Source of the DNA: Macrostomum hystrix
Taxonomy: Eukaryota; Animalia; Platyhelminthes
DNA: 64,000 nucleotides
Direction of reading: 5' to 3'
NCBI GenBank assembly: GCA_950097015.1
Contig: CATNEN010000003.1
Location: forward strand, 3,844,001 to 3,908,000
Positions 48,701-60,380 of this stretch are shown here, piece after piece. Position numbers and translations under genes: made by a program. How positions within the stretch are numbered: the first letter of the stretch is position 1; the number at the start of each line of letters is the position of its first letter. A model generated the notes under the pieces. That model saw only the letters and a program-made list of their open reading frames with translations. It made no database searches and was not told the DNA's origin.

Positions 48701-51700
48701 CCAGGCTTGAATCCCACTGATTAAGAATCCCCAAGCTTCAATCTCACTGATTAGAAATCCCCAAGCTTCAATCCCAATGATTAAAAATCCCCAAGCTTCA
48801 ATCCCAATGATTAAGAATCCCTAAGCTTCAATCTCACTGATTAGAAATCCCCAGGCTTCAATCCCAATGATTAAGAATCCCCAAGCTTCAATCCCAATGA
48901 TTAAGAATCCCCAAGCTTCAATCCCAATGATTAGAAATCCCTAAGCTTCAATCTCACTGATTAGAAATCCCCAGGCTTCAATCCCAATGATTAGAAATCC
49001 CCAGGCTTCAATCCCAATGATTAAGAATCCCCAAGCTTCAATCCCATTGATTAATAATCCCCAAGCTTCAATCTCAACGATTAAAAATCGCTAAGCTTCA
49101 ATCCCAATGATTAAGAATCCCTAAGCTTGAATCCCACTGATTAAAAATCCCCAGGCTTGAATCCCACTGATTAAAAATCCCCAGGCTTCAATCCCAATGA
49201 TTAAGAATCCCAAAGCTTCAATCTCACTGATTAGAAATCCCCAGGCTTCAATCCCAATGATTAGAAATCCCCAAGCTTCAATCTCACTGATTAGAAATCC
49301 CCAAGCTTCAATCCCAATGATTAAGAATCCCCAAGCTTCAATCCCAATGATTAAGAATCCCCAAGCTTCAATCCCAATGATTAAGAATCCCTAAGCTTCA
49401 ATCTCACTGATTAGAAATCCCCAAGCTTCAATCCCAATGATTAAGAATCCCTAAGCTTCAATCTCACTGATTAGAAATCCCCAGGCTTCAATCTCACTGA
49501 TTAGAAATCCCCAAGCTTCAATCTCACTGATTAGAAATCCCCAGGCTTCAATCCCAATGATTAGAAATCCCCAAGCTTTAATCCCAATGATTAGAAATCC
49601 CCAGGCTTCAATCCCAATGATTAGAAATCCCCAAGCTTCAATCTCACTGATTAGAAATCCCCAGGCTTCAATCCCAATGATTAGAAATCCCCAAGCTTTA
49701 ATCCCAATGATTAGAAATCCCCAAGCTTCAATCCCAATGATTAAGAATCCCTAAGCTTCAATCCCATTGATTAGAAATCCACAAGCTTCAATCCCAACGA
49801 TTAAGAATCCCTAAGCTTCAATCCCAATGATTAAGAATCCCCAAGCTTCAATCCCATTGATTAAGAATCCCCAAGCTTCAATCCCATTGATTAGGAATCC
49901 CATAACTTCAATCCTACTAATTTAGAATCCTAAAACTTCAATCCCATTGATTAGGAATCCCATAGCTTCAATCCCAATGATTAAGAATCCCTGATCTTCG
50001 TTATCTGTTCTTTAGTCTCTTTGGCTAGGAATTGCTAATAATCAGTCAATTTAAATAAGACTCCCTAATCCTCAAATCCCCATCGTGCCCTGATCCCAGG
50101 AGCAGTGGCTGGAGTTTACGTCGGCCAGCCGTTGGACACGGTGAAGGTGAAGATGCAAACCTTTCCAACTGTCTATGGCAACGCTGTCAGGTGTTTGATG
50201 CAGACCCTGCGCAAAGACGGTGTTGCTAGGGGCCTGTACGCCGGCACCGTGCCCGCTCTGGCTGCCAACGTGGCCGAGAATTCCATTCTGTTCGCAGCCT
50301 ATGGCGCCTGTCAGAAGTCTGTAGCCAACATGCTGGGCATCGGGGTTGAGCAGATGAGGCCTGCTCACAATGCCCTGGCTGGCAGCATGGCCGCCGTGTT
50401 CTCATCGTTCGCCCTTTGCCCCACTGAGCTGGTCAAATGCCGACTGCAGGCGCTTCGTGAGCAGGTTGAGTCGGGCAAGGCGCCCAAGGGAGTGGATATT
50501 AATACTGTGTGAGTTGAGCTGCTTTTTTCATTATAACATTGCTATTCTATCCTAAATATCTTCCCAAAATCTTCAAAATCAATATCAAATTCAATTCAAA
50601 ATCATTTTTGGTCTTTGGAATCTTCCTAAATCTTATTTTACATATTTAGATTACTAAATCTTTAAAATCGTCCATAATATTTTTAAATCTTTGGAAGCTT
50701 CCGTAATCTGTTTAAATATTTTTAGAATCTTCCAAAATCAATTTACATTTTTGGAATCTTCCGAAATCTTTTATAATCCTTGGAATCTTCCAAAATCTTT
50801 TTAAATCTTCGGAATCTTCCGAAATCTATTTACATTTTTGGAATCTTCCACAATCTTTATAAATCTTCGGAATCTTCCGAAATCTATTTACATTTTTGGA
50901 ATCTTCCACAATCTTTATAAATCTTCGGAATCTTCCGAAATCTATTTACATTTTTGGAATCTTCCAAAATCTTTATAAATCTTCGGAATCTTCCGAAATC
51001 TATTTACATTTTTGGAATCTTCCGAAATAGTTATAAACCTTTGGAATCTTCCGAAATCTTTTAAACACTTTGGAATCTTCCGAAATCTAATTCTTTTTAA
51101 AAGCAGACAATGATCCGAACCTTCCCGCAGCGGTCCGTGGTCGCTGACTCGCCAGATCTTCCGCCAGGAGGGCTTTCGCGGCTTCTTCCACGGCCTGCTG
51201 CCCACCTTTGGCCGCGAGGTGCCGGGCTATTTCATCTTTTTCGGCGGCTACGAGTTGAGCAGGGCCGCTATGACCCCGCCTGGTGGCAACAAGGATCGCA
51301 TCGGCCCGGTGAAAACTGCTCTGGCTGGCGGTCTTGGCGGTGTGGCCCTGTGGACCGCCATATTTCCGTTTGATGTGCTCAAATCACGGATGCAGATCGA
51401 CACGGAGGGTCAGACTAAATCTATGCGGGCTCTGTTTATGAGCATTCTCAGGAAGGAGGGTGAGTTATTCGGCCGAGACAGTTGGAATTTGGGTGGGATC
51501 ATGGTTCTGAGACAGTTGGGATTTGGGTGGGATCATGGCTCTGAGACAGTTGGGATTCGGATGGGATCATGGCTCTGAGACAGTTGGGATTAGGATGGGA
51601 TCATGGCTCTGAGACAGTTGGGATTTGGGTGGGATCATGGCTCTGAGACAGTTGGGATTCGAATGGGATCATGGCTCTGAGACAGTTGGGATTCGGATGG

Positions 51701-54412
51701 GATCATGGCTCTGAGACAGTTGGGATTCGGATGGGATCATGGCTCTGAGACAGTTGGGATTTGGGTGGGATCATGGCTCTGAGACAGTTGGGATTTGGAT
51801 GGGATCATGGCTCTGAGACAGTTGGGATTCGGATGGGTTCATGGCTCTGAGACAGTTGGGATTTGGATGGGATCATAGCTCTGAGACAGTTGGGATTTGG
51901 GTGGGATCATGGCTCTGAGACAGTTGGGATTCGGATGGGATCATGGCTCTGAGACAGTTGGGATTCGGATGGGATCATGGCTCTGAAGACAGTTGGGATT
52001 CGGATGGGATCATGGCTCTGAGACAGTTGGGATTTGGATGGGATCATGGCTCTGAGACTGTTGGGATTTGGATGGGATCAAGGCTCTGAGACTGTTGGGA
52101 TTTGGATGGTATCAAGGCTCTGAGACAGTTGGGATTTGGATGGTATCAAGGCTCTGAGACAGTTGGGATTTGGATTGTATCAAGGCTCTGAGACAGTTGG
52201 GATTTGTATGGGATCAAGGCTCTGAGACAGTTGGGATTTGGATGGTATCAAGGCTCTGAGACAGTTGGGATTTGGATGGTATCAAGGCTCTGAGACAGTT
52301 GGGATTTGGATGGTATCAAGGCTCTGAGACAGTTGGGATTTGTATGGGATCAAGGCTCTGAGACAGTTGGGATTTGGATGGTATCAAGGCTCTGAGACAG
52401 TTGGGATTTGGATGGTATCAAGGCTCTGAGACAGTTGGGATTTGTATGGGATCAAGGCTCTGAGACAGTTGGGATTTGGATGGGATCATGGCTCTGAGAC
52501 AGTTGGGATTTGGGTGGGATCATGGCTCTGAGACAGTTGGGATTTGGGTGGGATCATGGCTCTGAGACAGTTGGGATTTGGATGGGATCATGGCTCTGAG
52601 ACAGTTGGGATTTGGGTGGGATCGTGGCTCTGAGACAGTTGGGATTTGGATGGGATCATGGCTCTGAGACAGTTGGGATTTGGGTGGGATCATGGCTCTG
52701 AGACAGTTGGGATTTGGATGGGATCATGGCTCTGAGACAGTTGGGATTTGGGTGGGATCATGGCTCTGAGACAGTTGGGATTTGGATGGGATCATGGCTC
52801 TGAGACAGTTGGGATTTGGATGGTATCAAGGCTCTGAGACAGTTGGGATTTGGATGGTATCAAGGCTCTGAGACAGTTGGGATTTGGATGGTATCAAGGC
52901 TCTGAGACAGTTGGGATTTGTATGGGATCAAGGCTCTGAGACAGTTGGGATTTGGATGGTATCAAGGCTCTGAGACAGTTGGGATTTGGATGGTATCAAG
53001 GCTCTGAGACAGTTGGGATTTGTATGGGATCAAGGCTCTGAGACAGTTGGGATTTGGATGGGATCATGGCTCTGAGACAGTTGGGATTTGGGTGGGATCA
53101 TGGCTCTGAGACAGTTGGGATTTGGATGGGATCATGGCTCTGAGACAGTTGGGATTTGGGTGGGATCATGGCTCTGAGACAGTTGGGATTTGGATGGGAT
53201 CATGGCTCTGAGACAGTTGGGATTTGGGTGGGATCGTGGCTCTGAGACAGTTGGGATTTGGATGGGATCATGGCTCTGAGACAGTTGGGATTTGGGTGGG
53301 ATCATGGCTCTGAGACAGTTGGGATTTGGATGGGATCATGGCTCTGAGACAGTTGGGATTTGGGTGGGATCATGGCTCTGAGACAGTTGGGATTTGGATG
53401 GGATCATGGCTCTGAGACAGTTGGGATTTGGATGGTATCAAGGCTCTGAGACAGTTGGGATTTGGATGGTATCAAGGCTCTGAGACAGTTGGGATTTGGA
53501 TGGTATCAAGGCTCTGAGACAGTTGGGATTTGTATGGGATCAAGGCTCTGAGACAGTTGGGATTTGGATGGTATCAAGGCTCTGAGACAGTTGGGATTTG
53601 GATGGTATCAAGGCTCTGAGACAGTTGGGATTTGTATGGGATCAAGGCTCTGAGACAGTTGGGATTTGGATGGGATCATGGCTCTGAGACAGTTGGGATT
53701 TGGGTGGGATCATGGCTCTGAGACAGTTGGGATTTGGATGGGATCATGGCTCTGAGACAGTTGGGATTTGGGTGGGATCATGGCTCTGAGACAGTTGGGA
53801 TTTGGATGGGATCATGGCTCTGAGACAGTTGGGATTTGGGTGGGATCGTGGCTCTGAGACAGTTGGGATTTGGATGGGATCATGGCTCTGAGACAGTTGG
53901 GATTTGGGTGGGATCATGGCTCTGAGACAGTTGGGATTTGGATGGGATCATGGCTCTGAGACAGTTGGGATTTGGGTGGGATCATGGCTCTGAGACAGTT
54001 GGGATTTGGATGGGATCATGGCTCTGAGACAGTTGGGATTCGGATGGGATTTGTATTAATTTGAGAATTTTATAATAGGAATGGAATTTGTGTTTCAGAT
54101 ATTGGGGATAAGTATGGGATTTTGTATCTGAGACAGTTGGGATTTAAATGGAATTGTAGTCTAAAACTAAAAGCATGGTAACGGTTAAAAATTCCTATTT
54201 CAAATCCAAACTTGGCTACTTTTAGTAGTAAACTTGTCAAGTTAATGTTTAGTCTGAGCGAATTTTAAACCCCAACCAAATCGCTGGCAGGTGTGATGGC
54301 CCTGTACACCGGCCTGCCGCCAACCATTGTGCGCACCTTCTTCGCCAGCGGGGCACTCTTCGTTGCCTACGAATGGACGAAGAAGGTTCTGCACTCAGCC
54401 GCTGGTTTCTGA
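39754..54412 (+). CDS. SLC25A15: Mitochondrial ornithine/basic amino acid carrier (ORNT1-like), ~321 aa; exons 39754-39859, 50100-50508, 51131-51459, 54291-54412
   Basis: Three carrier signatures: GQPLDTVKVKMQ, LCPTELVKCRLQ and FPFDVLKSRMQ. Also ANVAENSILFAAYG, REVPGYFIFFGGYE and GALFVAYE. All junctions are GT-AG and phase-consistent (966 nt). Confidence 0.94.
39960..49995. repeat. 10-kb satellite, 30-bp monomer (ATCCCAATGATTAGAAATCCCCAAGCTTCA), ~330 copies, in SLC25A15 intron 1
   Basis: Directly visible; the phase is unbroken from ~40331 to ~49990. Confidence 0.99.
50690..51090. repeat. 29-bp minisatellite (TTGGAATCTTCCGAAATCTATTTACATTT-type, 58-bp dimer) in SLC25A15 intron 2
   Basis: Directly visible; alternate units contain the inverted repeat TTCGGAA-TC-TTCCGAA. 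Confidence 0.9.
51475..54052. repeat. 34-bp minisatellite (GCTCTGAGACAGTTGGGATTTGGATGGGATCATG), ~75 copies, in SLC25A15 intron 3
   Basis: Directly visible. The ATCGTGG variant at 52621, 53233 and 53845 defines a 612-bp (18-mer) higher-order repeat. Confidence 0.98.
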
Positions 54413-54639
54413 TGCCCGGCTTTGAAGTTGACTGCAGTTTTGTTTTATCGAATCTTTCTCTATAGGGAGTGGATTGGCTGTTCAATGAGTCTTATTTTTG
54501 GCATGGTAACTAAAAATTGTTACTTTTTATTGAAATCCCATTGACGAGCCGAGCCGTTTTATGCAATTTACCGAATTTCAGTAAAAAATAAAGAAGCTTG
54601 TATATACTAAATATTATGATAATTACGTTTTTTCCTAAG

Positions 54640-55016
54640 TTTTCCGAATTTCGTTGAGCTAGATATGCCTTGATTTCCGAATTTCGGTAAGCTGGATATG
54701 CCTTGATTTTCCGAATTTCGGTAAGCTAGATATGCCTTGATTTTCCGAATTTCGGTAAGCTAGATATGCCTTGATTTTCCGAATTTCGGTAAGCTAGATA
54801 TGCCTTGATTTTCCGAATTTCGGTAAGCTAGATATGCCTTGATTTTCCGAATTTCGGTAAGCTAAATATGCCTTGATTTTCCGAATTTCGGTAAGCTAGA
54901 TATGCCTTGATTTTCCGAATTTCGGTAAGCTAAATATGCCTTGATTTTCCGAATTACGGTAAGCTAGATATGCCTTGATTTTCCGAATTTCGTAAGCTAG
55001 ATTTTCCGAATTTCGT
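54640..55016. repeat. 34-bp minisatellite (TTTTCCGAATTTCGGTAAGCTAGATATGCCTTGA), ~11 copies
   Basis: Directly visible; internal palindrome CCGAA-T-TTCGG. Confidence 0.96.
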
Positions 55017-55696
55017 AATTGACCTGTTTTGAAAATACCCTGAACCCAAACTCGTGTTTATTATATGGCATAGTTTAAAAAAAGATGTTTTCATACACTC
55101 GTGTCCTGTTAACTGATTCAGTTAACAGTTAGCAGCTAGTCAGTTGAGAAGTTATTTTCCAGTCTTCATACACACAGCAACTATTGTCAATATTTTAAAA
55201 GTAAGTTCAATCGAATGGCTGTCTTTTGTGTAGTTATTATTTTTTTAACAGTTTTAATGATTCACTTTAGCTGAATTTCTGTATATTAGCTGGCTACTTG
55301 TAGTAGTTAGTCGGTTTGTTCTACTACTTTTAAATATTACGAGAGTACATTTATTTCGGTTCACCTATTGCGATCGGTTTAAAGCTTGAATTTTTTATAC
55401 TAGCTAATCATGATATGGTATCAATCGATTCAGCTTCCAACTTCTGTGGTGCTCAATTCGAGTTTTCTATTTGTAAAACTAACAAAATAACAACTATTTG
55501 TGGTGTATAGTATTGTTCTATGATTTAGAAATACATTTCTGATTCGCTATACTGATGGATTCTATTGTATATTATGTGTTCTATCGATCCTTATGTGGAA
55601 GCAATTGTGTGCAAATAATTGTTCCTTTCTTTTTTAATGCACTCAAATAAATTTATCGAAAAAACTGACACTTCTGTGTCAATTTTATCATAATCA

Positions 55697-56514
55697 GGCA
55701 CCCTGTCTAACCGGTAGGTACCCTGTCTAACCGGTAGGAACCCTGTCTAACAGGTAGGAACCCTGTCTAACCGGTAGGAACCCTGTCTACCCGGTAGGTA
55801 TCCTGTCTAACAGGTAGGAACCCTATCTAACAGATATGAACCCTGTCCTACAAGTAGGACCACTATCTAACAGGTAGGAACCCTGTCTAACAGGTAGGTA
55901 CCCTGTCTAATCGGTAGGAACCCTGTCTAACCGGTAGGTACCCTGTCTAACCGGTAGGAACCCTGTCTAACCGGCAGGAACCCTGTCTAACAGGTAGGTA
56001 CCCTGTCTAACCGGTAGGAACCCTGTCTAACCGGTAGGAACCCTGTCTAACAGGTAGGTACCCTGTCTAACCGGTAGGAACCCTGTCTAACAGGTAGGAA
56101 CCCTGTCTAACCGGTAGGTATCCTGTCTAACAGGTAGGAACCCTGTCTAACAGGTAGAAACCCTGTCTAACCGGTAGGAACCCTGTCTAACAGGTAGGTA
56201 CCCTGTCTAACCGGTAGGAACCCTGTCTAACAGGTAGGTACCCTGTCTAACCGGTAGGAACCCTGTCTAACAGGTAGATACCCTGTCTAACCGGTAGGAA
56301 CCCTGTTTAACAGGTAGGCACCCTGTCTAACAGGTAGGTACCCTGTCTAACCGGTAGGTACCTTGTCTAACCGGTAGGTATCCTGTCTAACCGGTAGGTA
56401 CCCTATCTAACAGGTAGGTACCCTATCTAACAGGTAGGAACCCTATCTAACAGGTAGGAACCCTGTCTAACATTCAGGAATCTTATCTAGCAGGTTGGAA
56501 CCCTGTCTAACAGG
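55697..56514. repeat. 20-bp minisatellite (CCCTGTCTAAC[A/C]GGTAGG[A/T]A), ~41 copies
   Basis: Directly visible. Confidence 0.97.
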
Positions 56515-56914
56515 CGGCTACAGTCATAACAGTGCAGTAATTGTTTCTTACGATTTTATATTGCTTTGCATTTTAGTACCAGTGTAGGGTTTTATTAAGT
56601 TGTCCTCAAATCAAATTTTCGCTTTTGATTCTTTAGTTTAGATGTATCACAAAGAATTCATTGAGTTGGCGGTATCTCTTTTATTAATTAATTATTTATG
56701 CCTTATAGCAGTGCTGTATTAGCTTCTATTGTCTATAAGTTCTTTGTCTGTATAGAGATTGTTTAAGATTGCAATGACAGCGTGATAAAATGGCTTTAAT
56801 ATTGTTATTGAGTCACAACTTTTTTCGATCCAAGAGATGGCCAATTAAAAAATGTCTGTGCCATTTGAGATCGGCCATTCTCAAATCATGAAAGCAAAAA
56901 AATTCCCTACTTCT

Positions 56915-58200
56915 CGAAACTACAAAAATATCCCGATTCTCAAATCCTCAAAACTACAAAAAATATCCCGTTTCTCATATCCTCAAAACTACAGAAAATA
57001 TCCCGATTCTCAAATCCTCAAAACTACAAAAATATCCCGATTCTCAAATCCTCAAAACTACAAAAAATATCCCGTTTCTCATATCCTCAAAACTACAGAA
57101 AATATCCCGATTCTCAAATCCTCAAAACTACAAAAATATCCCGATTCTCAAATCCTCAAAACTACAAAAAATATCCCGTTTCTCATATCCTCAAAACTAC
57201 AGAAAATATCCCGATTCTCAAATCCTCAAAACTACAAAAATATCCCGATTCTCAAATCCTCAGAACTACAAAAAATATCCCGTTTCTCATATCCTCAAAA
57301 CTACAGAAATATCCCGATTCTCAAATCCTCAAAACTACAGAAAATATCCCGATTCTCAAATCCTTAAAACTACAGAAAATATCCCGATTCTCAAATCCTC
57401 AAAACTACAGAAAATATCCCGATTCTCAAATCCTCAAAACTACAGAAAATATCCCGATTCTCAAATCCTCAAAACTACAGAAAATATCCCGATTCTCAAA
57501 TCCTCAAAACTACAAAAAATATCCCGATTCTCAAATCCTTAAAACTACAGAAAATATCCCGATTCTCAAATCCTCAAAACTACAAAAATTTCCCGATTCT
57601 CAGATCCTCAAAACTACAAAAATATCCCGATTCTCAGATCCTCAAAACTACAAAAATATCCCGTTTTTTAATCCTTAAAACTACAAAAATATCCCGTTTT
57701 TTATCCTCAAAACTACAAAAATATCTCGATTCTCATATCCTCAAAACTACAAAAAATATCCCGATTCTCAAATCCTTAAAACTACAGAAAATATCCCGAT
57801 TCTCAAATCCTCAAAACTACAAAAATTTCCCGATTCTCAGATCCTCAAAACTACAAAAATATCCCGATTCTCAGATCCTCAAAACTACAAAAATATCCCG
57901 TTTTTTAATCCTTAAAACTACAAAAATATCCCGTTTTTTATCCTCAAAACTACAAAAATATCCCGATTCTCAGATCCTCAAAACTACAAAAATATCCCGA
58001 TTCTCAGATCCTCAAAACTACAAAAATATCCCGATTCTCAGATCCTCAAAACTACAAAAATATCCCGTTTTTTAATCCTTAAAACTACAAAAATATCCCT
58101 TTTTTATCCTCAAAACTAAAAAAATGCCCCGTTTCTCAAATCCTCAAAACTACAAAAATATCCCGTTTTTCCAATCCTCAATACTACAGAAGAATCCTAT
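56915..58200. repeat. 34/35-bp minisatellite (AAAATATCCCGATTCTCAAATCCTCAAAACTACAG)
   Basis: Directly visible. Confidence 0.96.
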
Positions 58201-58940
58201 TATCAAATCCCCAAAACCCTAAAAATTTGCCGGATTCTAAAATCCTTGAAAAACTCCTTATTCTCAAATCCTCAAAATGACTTAATTATCCCTATTGTTG
58301 CTTATCCAAATTTTGGCCGACTGTCTAAAATTTCAAATCTATCGGTCATCTCTAATCCTAGTGAATCCCAATCCCAAATTTACAATGTTCCCTTTAGTAC
58401 GAGCTTATTACTATACCAATTTCACCCTGCCTATTCGCCTTCACCAAAGCCGAGGTCTTGCAAATTTCTTTCAGCGCGTCTCTAGAAGAGTTTGTTTACC
58501 TGATTTTTTTCTGCCCGCAGTCTCGCAGACTTCAAGCTGCTGCCAGCGTGTTTGTTCGGCGGAACCGAAAGAAAAATTTTTTTTTACCTTCGTCTTCTGT
58601 TCGATTTATACTTGGGATGACTTTTGCGATTGCGGCTGGGGAAGGCGGATAGAAAAAAGACTGGCTGTCGATGGGAAGTGTTCCAGCTGATGCCTATACT
58701 CAAATGGTTTTTGAGCATATGTAGTAATGTATATTTATATGCATAGGCGTGTGCTATTAATGTGTAGAAAATCTGCGGATATCAGAAAGTCACGATTGCT
58801 GCGAGCTTATTGATTTTGTAGGGCCAGAATTATGGCTTCTATAATACTTATACTGTACACAGTCGTTAACTTGGAATCAATTTATCGACTGTTCAATCTT
58901 TGAGTTATTGTTTGATTCTAATTTATTATGCGCTCGTTTT

Positions 58941-59345
58941 CAGTCTAACAAGGTAAGTTTGTAGTCTAACAGGTGAGTTTGTAGTCTAACAGGTGAGTTT
59001 GTGGTCTAACAGGTGAGTTTGTAGTCTAACAGGTGAGTTTGTAGTCTAACAGGTGTGTTTGTAGTCTAACAGGTGAGTTTGTAGTCTAAAAGGTGTGTTT
59101 GTAGTCTAAAAGGTGTGTTTGTAGTCTAACAGGTGAGTTTGTAGTCTAACAGGTGAGTTTGTAGTCTAAAAGGTGTGTTTGTAGTCTAACAGGTGAGTTT
59201 GTAGTCTAACAGGTGAGTTTGTGGTCTAACAGGTGAGTTTGTAGTCTAACAGGTGTGTTTGTAGTCTAACAGGTGAGTTTGTAGTCTAACAGGTGTGTTT
59301 GTAGTCTAACAGGTGAGTTTGTAGTCTAACAATTGAGTTTGTAAG
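58941..59345. repeat. 20-bp minisatellite (GTAGTCTAACAGGTGAGTTT), ~20 copies
   Basis: Directly visible. Confidence 0.97.
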
Positions 59346-60380
59346 TTTAACAGGTAAAATCTCAGTCCAAAATTTAAAATCCCAGTCTAACATGTAAAAA
59401 AATCCAGCCTAACAGCTAAAATCCCTGTTTAACAGCTAAAATCCCTGTCTAACAGCTAAAATCCCTGTCTAACAGCTAAAATCCTAGTCTAACTGGTAAA
59501 ATCCCTGTCTAACATCTAAAATCCCAGTCTAACATCTAAGAATCCCAGTCTAACACCTAAAATCCTAGTCTAACACCTAAAATACCTGTCTAACATCTAG
59601 AATCCCAGTCTAACATCTAAAATCCCATTCTAACATCTAAAATCTCAGTCTAACACCTAAAATCCCAGTCTAACATCTAAAATCCCATTCTAACATCTAA
59701 AATCCCAGTCTAACATCTAAAATCCCAGTCTAACATCTAAGAATCCCAGTCTAACATCTAAAATCCCAGTCTAACATCTAAAATCCCAGTCTAACATCTA
59801 AAATCCCAGTCTAACATCTAAAATCCCAGTCTAACATCTAAGAATCCCAGTCTAACATCTAAGAATGCCAGTCTAACATCTAAAAATCCCAGTCTAGCAT
59901 CTAAAATCCCAGTCTAACATCTAAGAATCCCAGTCTAACATCTAAGAATCCCAGTCTAACATCTAAAGTCCCAGTCTAACATCTAAAATCCCAGTCTAAC
60001 ATCTAAAATCCCAGTCTAACAGCTAAAATCCCAGTCTAACATCTAAAATCCCAGTCTAACATCTAAAATCCCAGTCTAACAGCTAAAATCCCAGTCTAAC
60101 ATCTTAAATCCCAGTCTAACATCTAAAATCCCAGTCTAACATCTAAAATCCCAGTCTAACAGCTAAAATCCCAGTCTAACATCTAAAATCCCAGTCTAAC
60201 ATCTAAAATCCCAGTCTAACATCTAAAATCCCAGTCTAACAGCTAAAATCCCAGTCTAACATCTTAAATCCCAGTCTAACATCTAAAATCCCAGTCTAAC
60301 ATCTAAAATCCCATTCTAACATCTAAAATCCCAGTCTAACATCTAAAATCCCAGTCTAACATCTAAAATCCCAGTCTAAA
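59346..60380. repeat. 20/21-bp minisatellite (AAAATCCCAGTCTAACATCT), ~50 copies
   Basis: Directly visible; contiguous with the preceding array through transitional units. Confidence 0.97.

Noticed and set aside
40066-49754. IRNPQASIPM decapeptide-repeat ORFs
   Set aside because: They lie within SLC25A15 intron 1, are broken by frequent stops, and exons 1 and 2 join in frame without them.
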